DNA from: Eledone cirrhosa
Taxonomy: Eukaryota
Direction of reading: 5' to 3'
DNA: 64,000 nt
Assembly (NCBI GenBank): GCA_964016885.1
Contig: OZ024764.1
Span: 4,836,001 to 4,900,000 of the forward strand
Part shown: positions 40,344 through 54,714 of the stretch, piece by piece
Numbering within the stretch: the stretch's first letter is position 1
Layout: the number at the start of each line of letters is the position of its first letter
Notes under the pieces: generated by a model
The model's database searches: none
Told to the model about the DNA's origin: nothing
What the model saw: only the letters and a program-made list of their open reading frames with translations
Program-made: the position numbers and the translations under genes

Positions 40344-40385
40344 GACTGATACAAAGGAGAGTACCGCTCTAGAAAAGAATGAGGA
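40344..40385 (+). CDS. Micro-exon 2 (42 nt, phase 2-2): TDTKESTALEKNE
   Basis: TTTTTTGTAATCACAG|...|GTAAGT; only phase 2 is stop-free. Confidence 0.78.
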
Positions 40386-40600
40386 GTAAGTTTTAGTTTT
40401 ACATACTATCTAACCATTATTCTATCTGTTCCTTCCCGTCTCTCTCTCTCTTATATATATATTTATATATAGTAAGATGTATTATTGGTTGTGTAAAACG
40501 GTCCAATAAATTTTTGTTAGCAATATTAAGTCCTCCACGCTTTTGTATATCTCCAATTCCATTCAAGGGAACAGCTAGATGATGTAAAACGGAGTATTTG

Positions 40601-40702
40601 TATCAAAATGAAAATCCAAAGGCAAGGTAAAATTTCCAATCATTTTAATCAGGTCGTGATTGAAATGATTGGAAATCTTACCTTGCCTTTGGATTTTCAT
40701 TT

Positions 40703-40707
<5 letters not shown>
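40601..40707. repeat. ~50-bp-arm hairpin; copies at about 47206-47300 and 58945-59050
   Basis: TATCAAAATGAAAATCCAAAGGCAAGGTAA...TTACCTTGCCTTTGGATTTTCATTTTGATA. Confidence 0.9.
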
Positions 40708-40770
<63 letters not shown>

Positions 40771-40789
40771 GACTCCTCTTATAAACCAC

Positions 40790-41205
40790 GTTGGCTATTA
40801 TGACTCTCTCTTTCCCTCTCTATGTTGGCTATTATGACTCTCTCTCTCTCCCTCCCTCCCTCTCTATGTTGGCTATTATGACTCTCTCTCTCTCTATGTT
40901 GGCTATAATGACTCTCTCTCTCTATGTTGGCTATAATGACTCTCTCTCTCTATCTATGTTGGCTATTATGTCTCTCTCTCTCTATCTATGTATGTTGGCT
41001 ATTATGTCTCTCTCTCTCTATCTATGTTGGCTAATATGACTCTCTCTCTCTCTATGTTGGCTATTATGACTCTATCTCTCTCTATGTTGGCTATTATGTC
41101 TCTCTCTCTCTATCTATGTTGGCTATTATGACTCTCTCTCTCTATTTATGTTGGCTATTATGTCTCTCTCTCTCTATCTATGTTGGCTATTATGTCTCTC
41201 TCTGT
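40790..41205. repeat. Composite minisatellite ATGTTGGCTATTATGA(CT)n; copies at 47340-47525 and 59100-59360
   Basis: Read directly from the sequence. Confidence 0.9.
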
Positions 41206-41519
41206 TCAAGCTTTATGAAGTTAGTTGAACATCTTCAAAGTCCTCCCATATTCGCCTTGTCTAATATGCGTTCTTGTACCTGATTATTTCCCCCAAATCT
41301 CCTGGGATGTTATAAACCATGATGGCTACCTATCTCACAATTTCTCTCCTGCCCACCCCCTCACACCACCATAGTCTATTCGACCAATCAAACCTCAGAA
41401 ACATGTCCCCACCCATTACCAACCCCAACAAACTCTGCCATTACTACTACTTCTACTTTTCTTCTAGCCCTTACCAGCCCCAACAAACCCTGACATTATT
41501 ACTACTATTGTCCTTCTAG

Positions 41520-42948
41520 CCATGGGCTGAGGATAAATGGGGCTACCCCAAATTAATAAATGAATATGAATCCGCGAGTTACCAAGCACCCATGCAAAGC
41601 TTTAATTCAGAGACAGGAAGCATACACACCCCACTGCAAAAATTCACCCTTTCCCACGAGTGGTGGCAAATGCCCAAAACTCCGAGTTGGAACCATCAAT
41701 GTAAGCACAATGAAAGGAAGAGCAGGAGAAATTGTAGAGATGCTAGAGCGAAAGAAAATTGATGTATGCTGTGTGCAAGAGACTAGATGGAGAGCAGAGT
41801 CCGCTGGAGTCCTTGCAGGCAGAAGTCAGTGCTACCAATTTGTCTGGGTAGCAAATGACAACAGGATGGGAGGTGTAGCTATCCTATTAGCTGACAAATG
41901 GGTAGATAAGGTAATCTCAGTGAACAGGGTGAATGCAAGAATAATGAAACTTGGACAAGTCCTGAATAAAACAATTGCCACAATAATATCAGCTTACGCA
42001 CCCCAATTGGGGTTGCCAGCTGACTATAGCGGGGAATTTAGTTTAGAGGTCGGTGTCCACCAGGGCTCTGTTCTTAGCCCACTCCTGTTCGTTGAAGTAT
42101 TGCAAGCAATAATGGAGGTGATTATGACCGGATACCCATGGGAACTCCTATATGTGGATCATCTCACACTTATAGCCGAATCTATGGTGGAACTATACTT
42201 GCTCAGTATGTAGAAAAGGAGTAGGCTGGCTGCAAAAGGCTTTCCCCTCAAAATGAAAAGCAGACTGTATGATGTGGGTATACGAATAGCAATGTTACAT
42301 AGTAGTGAAACCTTGGCGCCGTCTGTGGAAGACTTGCATAGATTAGAAAGAAAGGAAGCCTGCATGCTCCGATGGATGTGTAATAGTAATATACGCGAAC
42401 GGCAAAGCATAAATGAATTGAGAGAGTGACTGAGCATAAGAGGAATGAAATGCTGTGTGCAGGAGAGGATGTTGCATTGGACATGTGATGCGTATGAAGG
42501 ATGACAGCTGTATAAAAAGGTGTAGAGCAGTAGAAGTCGATGGAAGCCGTAGAGTGGGGAGACCCAAGAAGAGCTGGGATGAGGTGATAAAAGCCGACCT
42601 TACCCAGTTGCACCTCTCAAAGGCGATGACACAGGACCGTCACCTCTGGCATCAAGCAGTAATACAGAAGACCTGACTCCCCAGGGCTACAAGCGGAAGT
42701 TGAAGCGTATGCTCCCACCCTCTCCGACTGTACAGTGGACGTATAGGCGCCACAGACAAAAAGCACCCAGGACTCACTGTAAATGAGGTTGGTGTTAGGA
42801 AGGGCATCCAGCTGTAGGAATCAAGCCAGAATCAGTTCCTGTATGAGCAAGACAAGGTCAGCTGAACAGACACTGCCCACAACAGGACAACCCGTCTAAC
42901 CCATGCTAGCGTGGAAGAATGGACGTAAAACAGTGATGATGAAGATGA
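41520..42948 (+). pseudogene. Internally deleted RTE (APE N-terminus fused to RT core, C-terminus and 3' UTR); copies at 47845-49095 and 59677-60927
   Basis: GTINVSTM, CVQETRW and SAYAPQ are joined directly to GVHQGSVLSPLLF. Confidence 0.88.
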
Positions 42949-42950
42949 TA

Positions 42951-45190
42951 TATCATATATGCCAGTGTACAAGTTGACATTTGGAGCCTAAAAATATCTC
43001 TCCAAAACCAGGGGTCGACTTGTCTGCTGAATATAGTATGTTACCTTTACCACTGAGGGGTAAACAGTGAAACTGCCTGCCTAACACTTGTTGTACACCA
43101 CTTACCATAACTCTAGCAACCCACCACATTTATTTCTACTGAATCTCATATTTGTTAAGTTTAATGTAGAGATTATAGTAATATCAATGTCTTGCTGTAG
43201 CTTATAGGGTAGGTTACTGTAGGGTAGGTTACTGTAGGGTAGGATACTGTCTGGTAGGTTACCATAGGGTAGGTTACTGTAGGGTAGGTTACTGTAGGGT
43301 AGGTTACTGTAGGGTAGGTTACCATAGGGTAGGATAGTGTCTGGTAGGTTACCATAGGGTAGGTTACGATAGGGCAGGATACTGTAGGGTAAGTTACTGG
43401 AGGGTAGGTTACCATAGGGTAGGTTACCGTAGGGTAGGTTACCATTGGGTAGGTTATTATAGGGTAGGTTACCACAGGGTAGGTGACCATAGAATAGGTT
43501 ACTGTAGGGTATTTTACCATAGGGTATGTTACCATAGGGTAGGTTACCTTATGGTAGGTTACCTTAAGGTAGGTTACCATAGGGTAAGTTACCATAGGGT
43601 AGGTTACCTTAGGGTAGGTGACCATAGTGTAGGCTACCATAGGTTAGGTTCTGTATGGTAGGTTAGGTTACTATAGGGTAGGTTACCATAGGGTAGGTTA
43701 CGATAGGGTTAGTTACCATAGGGTAGGTTACCATAGCGTAGGTTACTATTGGGTAGGTTACCATAGGGTAGGTTACTGTAGGTTAGGTTACGTAGGGTAG
43801 GTTACCATAGGGTAGGTTGCCATAGAGTAGGTTATTATAGGGTAGGTTACCATAAGGTAGATTACCTCAGGGTATGTTACCATATGGTAGGTTACCATAG
43901 GGTAGGTTACTGTAGGGTAGGTTACCATAGTGTAGGATACCTTAAATTAGGTTACCACAGGAAAAGTTACCATATGGTAGGTTACTGTAGGTTAGGTTAC
44001 CATAGGGTAGGTTATCATAGGTTAGGTTACCAAAGGGTAGGTTACTATAGGTTGTTACCATTGGGTAGGTTACTGTAGGGTAACATAGGTTACCATAGTG
44101 TAGGTTAATATAACATAGGTCACCATAGTGTAGGTTACCTTAGATTAGGTTACCACAGGATAGGTTACCATATGGTAGGTTACTGTAGGTTAGGTCACCA
44201 TAGGGTAGGTTACTATAGGGTAGGCTACTATAGGTTGTTACCATAGGGTAGGTTACTATAGGGTAGGCTACTATAGGTTGTTACCATAGGGTAGGTTACT
44301 ATAGGTTGTTACCATAGAGTAGGTTACAATATGGTTGGTTACCATAGTGTAGGTTACTATAACATTGGTTACCATAGTGTAGGTTACCTTAATTTAGGTT
44401 ACCATAGGTTAGGTTACCGTATCGTAGGTTACTGTAGGTTAGGTTACAATAGGGTAGGTTACTATAGGGTAGGCTACCAATGATAGGTTATGATGGGTTA
44501 GGTTCCATAGGGTAGGTTACCACAGTATATGTTACCATATGGTAGGTTAGGTTACCATAGGGTAGGTCACCATAGTGTAGGTTACTTTAGATTAGGTTAC
44601 CATAGGGTAGGTTACCACAGGATAAGTTACCATATGGTAGGTTACTATAACATAGGTTACCAAAGTGTAGGTTTCTATAGGTTGTTACCATAGGGTAGGT
44701 TACTGTAAGGTAGGTTACCATAGGGTAGGATACTGTAGGGTAGGTTACCAGAGGGTAGGTTATTATAGTATAGGTTACCGTAGGGTAGGTTTCCATGAAG
44801 TAGGTGACCATAGGGTAGGTTACTATAAGTTAGGTTACCATAGGGTAGGTTTCCATGAAGTAGGTTACCACAGGGTAGGTTAACATAAATTAGGTTACCT
44901 TAGGGTAGGTTACCATAAGTTAGGTTACCATACGGTAGGTTACCATAGGTTTGTTAAGGTTAGGCTAGGCTGGTCTACACGGTGAGTTAAAACTCACTTG
45001 TGACTGTAGTGTTTTAGAAGAAGTGTCTTAATCTTTCGTGCACCACTAAATTTTTTAACTATTTCCCCTGAAACTGCCTTATTTTGGGGAGGTTATCTTA
45101 TCAATCGAATAGCGTCCTAAATCTAAATTACACCTCAGAATTTTAGGGGCCACACTATGTACCGGATAGACTTGTACACCGGCATATATA
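42951..45190. mobile_element. Non-autonomous pogo/Tigger-like TIR element with an internal 15-bp array; copies at 49098-50952, 60930-62825 and partial 52198-52770
   Basis: Left end TATCATATATGCCAGTGTACAAGTT; right end GACTTGTACACCGGCATATAT(GGTA), complete in copies 2 and 3. Confidence 0.7.
43204..44965. repeat. 15-bp G-rich minisatellite (GGTAGGTTACCATAG)n; also 49330-50725, 52198-52620, 61163-62600
   Basis: Read directly; it produces the spurious VTYPM / VGYHR repeat ORFs. Confidence 0.97.
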
Positions 45191-45399
45191 TATATGCAAA
45201 GAGAGCGAGAGAAACAGCGGGAGTGAGAGAGATACATTAAAACAATAACAGAGGTCTGACTGGAGAATTTACTTTAGAATTTTAAGAGAAAAGAGGAAGG
45301 TTTCAGACTTCTGGAATTCCTTCACGAAAATGTCCTATTTATCTGTAATACAAACTTCAAAAAATGAGACAACCACTTAATAACATATAGATCATGTGA

Positions 45400-46400
45400 G
45401 CCCACCAGCTAGATAGATTTCCTTGTTACCAGAAGACAGAGTGACTGTTATAAACACAAAGTCCCTCCCTAGTGAAGAATGCACCTCCCAACATACCTTA
45501 GAAGACAACCTAGAAGAAAAGAGTATAGATCAAAATCAAAAGGTCTTAAAGTCAATTTGGTAAAGACTAAAGTTCTAGTAAGTAGAAAGGAAAACAGGGC
45601 CCAGATCTCTTCAGGTAAACTGTCCTGCTCAGTGGGCAGAAAAGGAGTAGGTAGAAATTCCATCCTATGTCCCATATAGAAATGATGGGTACACAAAAGA
45701 TGTTGTGGGATCTCAGGAAGGCTAACAAAGAACGTAGCTTCTACATGTGGCCAGTGAACAGGGGCAGGAAATATCAAGAGCTCTCGGGTTACAATCTCCT
45801 TCAAATACCCGAAAGTCTCTGTAGAGGTGGTAGATAGTTTCTGTTACCTAGGTGACTAAATCAGCAGTGGAGTAGGGTGGTCCCAAAACTCAGTAACAAG
45901 AGTGAGATTAGATTGGAGAAAGTGCAGGGATCTACTACTACTGCTAACAACAAAAAGTTTTTCCCTCAAAATGAAGGGCAGACTGTATGATGCAGGTATA
46001 CAAACAACAATGTTGCACAGCAGCGAGACCTGGGCACTGTGTGTAGAAGATCTGTAAAGATTGGAAAGAAATGAAGCCTCCATGCTTCAATGGATGTGCC
46101 ATAGTAATATATGCAAATGGCAAAACATAAATGTACTGCGAGAGAAATTAGGCATAAGAGGGGTTAGATGCAGTGTGCAGGAGAGGGATTGTTTTGGTAT
46201 AGACATGTGATGTGTATGAAGGGTGACAGCTGTATAAAAAGGTGCCGAACAAACAAAGTTGACAGAAACCGTGGAGTGGGCAGGTCTAGGAAGACTTGGG
46301 ATGAGGTAAGGAAAGCTGACTTTGCACAATTACACCTCGCTAAGGCAATGACACAGGAGGGTGACCTCTGGCGCTATGCACAATTATAGAGGACCTGCCC
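45400..46400 (+). mobile_element. Decayed RTE fragment; copies at 39150-39730, 51470-52198, 57704-58078, 63350-64000
   Basis: GLKVNLVKTKVL, GVGRNSILCP and GRSRKTWDEV remnants. Confidence 0.85.
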
Positions 46401-46957
46401 TCATAAATCCACGAGCTGAGGCATATATCTAGTATGTAACACCTTCCCCACCATCATCCCTCCCAAACACCTTCACCCCTATAACTACATCCACAATCCA
46501 CCAGACATTTTCCCTACCAACACCCCACACAAGTTCCCAAACCTCACCATAAAGTGGTCCTGCTGCAGCCATGACAAATGTGCCCAGTCCACACTGTACA
46601 GTGGTCTTGTAGGTGTCCTGCCAAAAATCAATATTGGGCCTTAAAACCTTGAGTCCCTTTTGTTCTGTGTATGAACATAAATAATTGTTTCTACTTTTGG
46701 CACAAGGCCAGCAATTAACCAGTGCATTACTGGTACTTTATTTTATCGACCCCGTAAGGATGAAAGGCAAAGTTAACCTCGGCGGGATTTGAACTCAGAT
46801 CATACAGGGAGGTAACTATGCTTCAAAGCATGGCGTCCGACTCTCTACCGATACTGCCAATCCACCGCCTGAACATAAATAAATAATGTAATATATATAT
46901 ATATGTATGTGTGTGTGTATCTATTTATATATTTAACTATATTTTTTGTAATCACAG

Positions 46958-46999
46958 GACTGTTCCACTGCAGAGTTCCGCTAGAGGAAACAGTGACGA
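46958..46999 (+). CDS. Micro-exon 3 (42 nt, phase 2-2): TVPLQSSARGNSD
   Basis: TTTTTTGTAATCACAG|...|GTAAGT; paralog of 40344-40385. Confidence 0.78.
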
Positions 47000-49900
47000 G
47001 TAAGTTTTAGTTTTACACACTATCTAACCATTATTCTATCTGTTCCTTCCCGTCTCTCTCTCTCTTTATATATATATATTTATATATACTAAGGTGTATT
47101 ATTGGTTGTGTAAAACGGTCCAATAAATTTTTGTTAGCAATATTAAGTTCTCCACGCTTTTGTATATCTCCAATTCCATTCAAGGGAACAGCTAGATGAT
47201 GTAAAAAAATCCGAAGGCAAGGTAAAATTTCCAATCATTTTAATCATGTCGTGATTAAAATGATTGGAAATCTTACCTTCCCTTCGGATTTTCATTTTGA
47301 TATATATATATATATATGACTCTGTCTCTTATAAACCACGTTGGCTATTATGACACTCTCTCCAACATAGAGAGCTATGTTGGCGATTATGACTCTCTCT
47401 CTCCCTCTCTATGTTGGCTATTATGACTCTCTCTCTCTCTATGTTGGCTATTATGACTCTCTCTCTCTCTATGTTGGCTATAATGACTCTCTCTCTCTAT
47501 CTATGTTGGCTATTATGTCTCTCTCTGTTCAAGGTTTATGAAGTTAGATGAACATCTTCAAAGTCCTCCCATATTCGCCTTGTCTAATATGCGTTCTTGT
47601 ACCTGATTATTTCCCCCAAATCTCCTGGGATGTTATAAACCATGATGGCTACCTATCTCACAATTTCTCTCCTGCCCACCCCCTCACACCACCATAGTCT
47701 ATTCGACCAATCAAACCTCAGAAACATGTCCCCCACCCATTAAAAACCCCAACAAACTCTGCCATTACTACTACTTCTACTTTTCTTCTAGCCCTTACCA
47801 GCCCCAACAAACCCTGACATTATTACTACTATTGTCCTTCTAGCTATGGGCTGAGGATAAATGGGGCTACCCCAAATTAATAAATGAATATGAATCCGCG
47901 AGTTACCAAGCACCCATGCAAAGCTTTAATTCAGAGACAGGAAGCATACACACCCCACTGCAAAAATTCACCCTTTCCCACGAGTGGTGGCAAATGCCCA
48001 AAACTCCGAGTTGGAACCATCAATGTAAGCACAATGAAAGGAAGAGCAGGAGAAATTGTAGAGATGCTAGAGCGAAAGAAAATTGATGTATGCTGTGTGC
48101 AAGAGACTAGATGGAGAGCAGAGTCCGCTGGAGTCCTTGCAGGCAGAAGTCAGTGCTACCAATTTGTCTGGGTAGCAAATGACAACAGGATGGGAGGTGT
48201 AGCTATCCTATTAGCTGACAAATGGGTAGATAAGGTAATCTCAGTGAACAGGGTGAATGCAAGAATAATGAAACTTGGACTAGTCCTGAATAAAACAATT
48301 GCCACAATAATATCAGCTTACGCACCCCAATTGGGGTTGCCAGCTGACTATAGCGGGGAATTTAGTTTAGAGGTCGGTGTCCACCAGGGCTCTGTTCTTA
48401 GCCCACTCCTGTTCGTTAAAGTATTGCAAGCAATAATGGAGGTGATTATGACCGGATGCCCATGGGAACTCCTATATGCGGATCATCTCACACTTATAGC
48501 CGAATCTATGGTGGAACTATACTTGCTCAGTATGTAGGAAAGGAGTAGGCTGGCTGCAAAAGGTTTTCTACTCAAAATGAAAAGCAGACTGTATGATGTG
48601 GGTATACGAATAGCAATGTTACATAGTAGTGAAACCTGGGCGCCGTCTGTGGAAGACTTGCATAGATTAGAAAGAAACGAAGCCTGCATGCTCCGATGGA
48701 TGTGTAATAGTAATATACGCGAACGGCAAAGCATAAATGAATTGAGAGAGTGACTGAGCATAAGAGGAATGAAATGCTGTGTGCAGGAGAGGATGTTGCA
48801 TTGGACATGTGATGCGTATGAAGGATGACAGCTGTATAAAAAGGTGTAGAGCAGTAGAAGTCGATGGAAGCCGTGGAGTGGGGAGACCCAAGAAGAGCTG
48901 GGATGAGGTGATAAAAGCCGGACTCACTGTAAATGAGGTTGGTGTTAGGAAGGGCATCCAGCTGTAGGAATCAAGCCAGAATCAGTTCCTGTATGAGCAA
49001 GACAAGGTCAGCTGAACAGACACTGCCCACAACAGGACAACCCGTCTAACCCATGCTAGCGTGGAAGAATGGACGTAAAACAGTGATGAAGATGATATAT
49101 CATATATGCTAGTGTACTATTTGACATTTGGAGCCTAAAAATATCTCTCCAAAACCAGGGGTTGACTTGTCTGCTGAATATAGTATGTTACCTTTACCAC
49201 TGAGGGGTAAACAGTGAAACTGCCTGCCTAACACTTGTTGTACACCACTTACCATAACTCTAGCAACCCACCACATTTATTTCTACTGAATCTCATATTT
49301 GTTAAGTTTAACGTAGAGATTATAGTAATATCAATGTCTTGCTGTAGCTTATAGGGTAGGTTACTGTAGGGTAGGTTACTGTAGGGTAGGATACTGTCTG
49401 GTAGGTTACCATAGGGTAGGTTACTATGGGGTAGGTTACTGTAGGTAGGTTACCATAGGGTAGGTTACTGTAGTGTAGGTTACTGTAGGGTAGGTTACTA
49501 TAGGGTAGGTTACTGTAGGGTAGATTACTCTAGGCTAGGTTACCATAGGGTAGGTTACTGTAGTGTAGGTTACCATAGGGTAGGTTACCAGAGTAGGTGA
49601 CCATAGGGTATGTTATTATAGGGTAGGTAACTGTAGGTTAGGTTACTATAGGGTAGGTTACCATAGTGTAGGTTACCTTATGGTAGGTTACCTTATGGTA
49701 AGTTACTATAGGGTAGGTTACCATAGTGTAGGTTACCTTATGGTAGGTTACCTTATGGTAAGTTGCTATAGGGTAGGTTACCATAGGGTAGGTTACCTTA
49801 CGGTAGGTAAGAATAGGGTAGGTTACCATAGGTTAGGTTACTGTAGGGTAGGTTACCATAAGGTAGGTTACTGTAGGGTAGGTTAACATAGGATAGGTTA

Positions 49901-52789
49901 TGTAGGGTAGGTTACCGTAGGTTAGGTTACTGTAGGTAGGTTACCATAGGGTAGTTTACCGTAGGTTAGGTTACTGTAGGGTAGGTTAACATAGGGTATG
50001 TTAGCATAGGGTTGGTTACCATAGGTTAAGTTCCTATAGGTTGTTACCATATGGTAGGTTACTGTAGGGTAGGTTGCTATAGGGTAGGTTATCGTAGAGT
50101 AGGTTACCATAAGGTAGGTTACCGTAGGGTAGGGTATCATAGGATAGGTTACCATAAGGCAGGTTACCATAGAGTAGGTTACCTTAGGGTAGTTTACTAT
50201 AAGATAGGTTACCATAGTGTAGCTTACCATAGGGTAGGTTGTTACTATAGGCAAGGTTACTATAGGGTGGGTTACCATAGGGTAGTTTATAATATGGTTG
50301 GTTAACATAGTGTAGGTTACTATAACATAGGTTACCATAGTGTAGGATACCTTAGATTAGGTTACCATAGGGTAGGTTACTACAGGATAGGTTACCATAT
50401 GGTAGGTTACCACAGGATAGGTTACCATAGGTTAGGTTAGCAATGGGTAGGTTACTATAGGTTGTTACCATAAGGTAGGTTACTGTATGGTGGGTTACCA
50501 TAGGGTAGGGTACCATAAAGTAGGTTATTATAGTGTAGGTTACAATAGGGTAGGTTTCCTTAGGATAGGTAACCATAGGGTAGGTTACTATGGGGTAAGT
50601 TACCATGAAGTAGGTTACCATAGGGTAGGTTAACATAAGCTAGGTTACCTCAGGGTAGGTTACCATACCATAGGGTAGGTTACCATACCATAAAGTAGGT
50701 TACCATAGGTTTGTTAAGGTTAGGCTAGGCTGGTCTACTCGGTGAGTTAAAACTCACTTGTGACTGTAGTGTTTTAGAAAAAGTGTCTCAATCTTTCGTG
50801 CGCCACTAAATTTTTTAACTATTTCCCCTGAAACTGCCTTATTTTTGGGGGTCATCTTATCAATCGAATAGCGTCCTAAATCTAAATTATACTTCAGAAT
50901 TTTAGGGGCCGACCTATGTACCGGATAGACTTGTACACCGGCATATATGGTATATATATATATGCATGGAGGCACATGGCTTAGTGGTTAGAGCATTGGT
51001 CATGCAATCGAAAGGTTGTGAGTTCAATTCTCAGACCGGGTGATGTGTTGGTTCCTTGAGCAAGACACTTTATTTCACATTGCTCCAGTTTACTCAGCTG
51101 TAGAAATGAGATGATAGGGACTGGGGTCCCTATCATTCCACTGCAAAGTGGTCGTGGAGGTGCCATGGCAAAAAAAGCACCTAGCACTCACTGTAAATGA
51201 GGTTGGTGACAGGAAGGGCATACAGCTGTAGAAATCAAGCCAGAATCAGTTCCCGTCCCACCCTTGCAAGCAGGGAAAAGTGGACGTAAAATGAAATGAT
51301 GAAAGAGAGATAGAGAGAAAGAGAGGGAGTGAGAGAGATACATTAAAACAATAACAGAAGGTCTGACTGGAGAATTTACTTTAGAATTCCTTCACGGAAA
51401 TGTCTTATTTATCTGTAACACAAACTTCAAAAAACAAGACAACCACTTAATAACCGATAGATCAAGTGAGCCCTCCAGCTAGATAGATTTCATTGTTACC
51501 AGAAGACAGAGTGACTGTTATAAACACAAAGTCCTTCCCTAGTGAAGAATGCACCTCCCAACATACCTTAGAATACAACCTGGAAGAAAAGAGTATAGAT
51601 CAAAATCAAAAGGTCTTAAAGTCAATTTGGTAAAGACTAAAGTTCTAGTAAGTAGAAAGGAAAACAGGGCCCAGATCTCTTCAGGTAAACTGTCCTGCTC
51701 AGTGGGCAGAAAAGGAGTAGGTAGAAATTCCATCCTATGTCCCATATAGAAATGATGGGTACACAAAAGATGTTGTGGGATCTCAGGAAGGCTAACAAAG
51801 AACGTAGCTTCTACATGTGGCCAGTGAACAGGGGCAGGAAATATCAAGAGCTCTCGAGTTACAATCTCCTTCAAATGCCCAGAAGTCTCTGCAGAGGTGG
51901 TAGATAGTTTCTGTTACTTAGGTGACTAAATCAGCAGTGGAGGAGGGTGGTCCAAAAACTCAGTAACAAGAGTGAGATTAGATTGGAGAAAGTGCAGGGA
52001 TCTACTACTACTGCTAACTACAAAACATTTTTCCATCAAAATGAAGGGCAGACTGTATGATGCAGGTATACAAACAACAATGTTGCACAGCAGCGAGACC
52101 TGGGCACTGTGTGTAGAAGATCTGTAAAGATTGGAAAGAAATGAAACCTCCATGCTTCAATGGATGTGCCATAGTAATATATGCAAATGGCAAAACATAG
52201 GTTACCATTGGGTAGGTTACTGTAGGGTAGGGTACCATAGGGTGGGTTACCATAGGGTAGGTTACTGTATGGTAGGTTACATTTCGTTAGGTTACTGTAG
52301 GGTAGGTTACCATAGGGTAGGTTACCATAGGGTGGGTTACCATAGGGTAGGTTACTGTAGGGTAGGTTACCATAGGGTAGTTATGTAGGGTAGGTTACCA
52401 TAGTGTAGGTTACTGTAGGGTAGGTTACCATAGAGTAGGATACTGTAGGGTAGGTTACCATAGGTTAGGTCACTGTAGGGTAGGTTACCATAGGGTAGGT
52501 TATTATAGGGTAGGTTACCATAGGTTAGGTTACTATAGGGTATGTTACCATAGGGTAGGTTACTATAAGGTAGGTTACCATACCATAGGTTAGGTTACCA
52601 TATGTTTGTTAAGGTTAGGCTAGGCTGGTTTACTCGGTGAGTTAAAACTCACTTGCGACTGTAGTGTTTTAGAAGAAGTGTCTTAATCTTTAGTGCGCCA
52701 CTAAATTTTTTAACTATTTCCCCTGAAACTGCCTTATTTTTTGGGTGTCGTCTTATGAATCGAATAGTGTCGTATAGGACTATCTGGCA

Positions 52790-53712
52790 TGTTTTCTATG
52801 GCTGGATGCCCTTCCTAACACCAACCACGTTTACAGTGTGGGGACTGGGAGGTTTTCACCATGTTAACTACACGGCCAATTTACAGCGTGGACTGTGTGT
52901 TTTATTGTCATGACACCTACACAACCTCATTTATTTAGGACTGGATGTTGTGTGACCAACATAATTTTACAGAGATGGGGGTGGGAGTAGTGGGGTGGGG
53001 GCGTATATTTGGTTAAGAGGTGCCTACTGACTGTAGGTTTCGCTTTGTACTTAGGCAAGGGTGGTCTTCTGTATTACTGCGTAGCGCCAAAGATCTCGGT
53101 TCAGTGACATTGTCTTGGAGAGGTGTAAGTGTGTGAGATCGGAATTTATCAATTCGTCCCAGGGTTTTCTGGGTCTGCCTACTCCGTGGCTACCATTTAT
53201 TTTGATCGCCCTGCACTTTTTTATACAGCTGTCGTCTTTCTTGCGCATCACGTGACCATACCAACGTAGTCTTCTCTCGAGTAAACAACATCTGATCCCT
53301 CTTATTCCTAATTTCTCACTTAGTTCATTTATGCTTTGCCGTTCACGTATATTACTATTACACATCCAGCAGAGCATGCAAACTTCATTCCTCTCCAGTC
53401 TGCGTATATCCTCTGCACACAATGCCCAAGTCTCACTGCCATGTAACATTGTTGTTCGTATGCAGGCATCATACAGCCTGCCTTTCATTTTTAGAGAGAA
53501 CCCTTTAGCGGCCAATCGTACAATGAAAAGAGCGTCTGTGATACTTTTACCTGACACAAACCCAAACTGCATTTCATCTAGATCAATTCTCTCTCTGATT
53601 AGTTGCGCTATTACTTTTTCTGTGACCCTCATGAACTGGTCAATTAATTTAATGCCTCTATAGTTTCCCCTATCTAGGGCATCTCCTTTACCCTTGTAGC
53701 AGTTAATGATGA
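52790..53712 (-). mobile_element. Internally deleted RTE with 3' UTR
   Basis: ORF 53051..53764 carries RTE motifs. Confidence 0.88.
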
Positions 53713-54123
53713 TGATATATATATAAAAGAAATAGGATTTCGCTTCAAGCATATCTTTATACAATATGTATAAATATTTTGTATCTCCAAAGAAATACGG
53801 TTTTAGGAAGCCTTAGCTCTGCAAACCCTGGGGGGCTAACGTCCTCTGGTGATGTCCAGCAGAAGCAAAGGGGACAACCGTCTATGCATTTCAGGCTTAA
53901 CTGGCCATCGTCAGGACAGTCCCTCCCACTGCTTGCGACTGCTGGCCAGTTAAGCGTGAAATGCATAGATGGTTGTCCCCCTTGCTTCTGCTGGACATCA
54001 CCAGAGGCCTTGAAACCCTAAGTCCCTTTTGTTCTGTGTATGAACAGAAATAAATAATGTAATATATATATATGTATGTGTGTGTATCTATTTATATATT
54101 TAACTATATTTTTCTCATTACAG

Positions 54124-54153
54124 GAACACCACTAATTTCTCCAAAACAGTCAC
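54124..54153 (+). CDS. Micro-exon 4 (30 nt, phase 2-2): NTTNFSKTV
   Basis: TTTTTCTCATTACAG|...|GTAAGT; one codon shorter than its paralogs; two N-X-S/T sequons. Confidence 0.75.
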
Positions 54154-54714
54154 GTAAGTGTTACCTTAACATACTGTCTAACCATTGTTTAATCTGCTCC
54201 TCCCTCTACCTCTCCCTTTATACACACACACACATATATACCCCTATATATATATGTATACACACACACACACAAATATATACACATATATACATATATA
54301 TATACACACATATATATACATATATACAAGCGAGACACGGCCTGCTGACCAATCTCGCCTTAAGTGGGACAAAACCGTCCAACCCATGCTAGCATGGAAG
54401 ATGGACTTTAAATGATGATGATATATACACACTGACACATATATATATACATATATATATACACATATATATACGCATATATTTATATATATATATGAGT
54501 TCAAGTCCGCCGAGGTTAACTTTGCCTTTCATCTTTACGAGGTCGATAAAATAAAGTACCAGTGGTGTACTGGGGTAATCGCTGGCCTTGTGCCAAAAGT
54601 AGAAACTATAATTATATATATATAACCAAAGATTAATATAGTTCGTTGATTACTCAACGAATACAGTTGTACAATAGATTAGAAGAACTCAACAGTGAAA
54701 GTTTTCCTGGACTT

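Noticed and set aside
41560-42213. 217-aa ORF conserved in three copies as a host gene
   Set aside because: Internally deleted RTE; the similarity reflects recent duplication, and YADD is mutated to YVDH/YADH.
43204-44965. Interstitial telomere
   Set aside because: The unit is 15 bp, not tandem TTAGGG or TTAGG.
44998-45067. Minus-strand 70-nt exon-like segment (TTTCAG...GTGAGT)
   Set aside because: Lies inside the TIR element, has a poor polypyrimidine tract, is not a multiple of 3, and shows no exon-specific pattern among copies.
50968-51040. tRNA gene
   Set aside because: A and B boxes are present but continue into SINE body and LINE tail; no complete cloverleaf.
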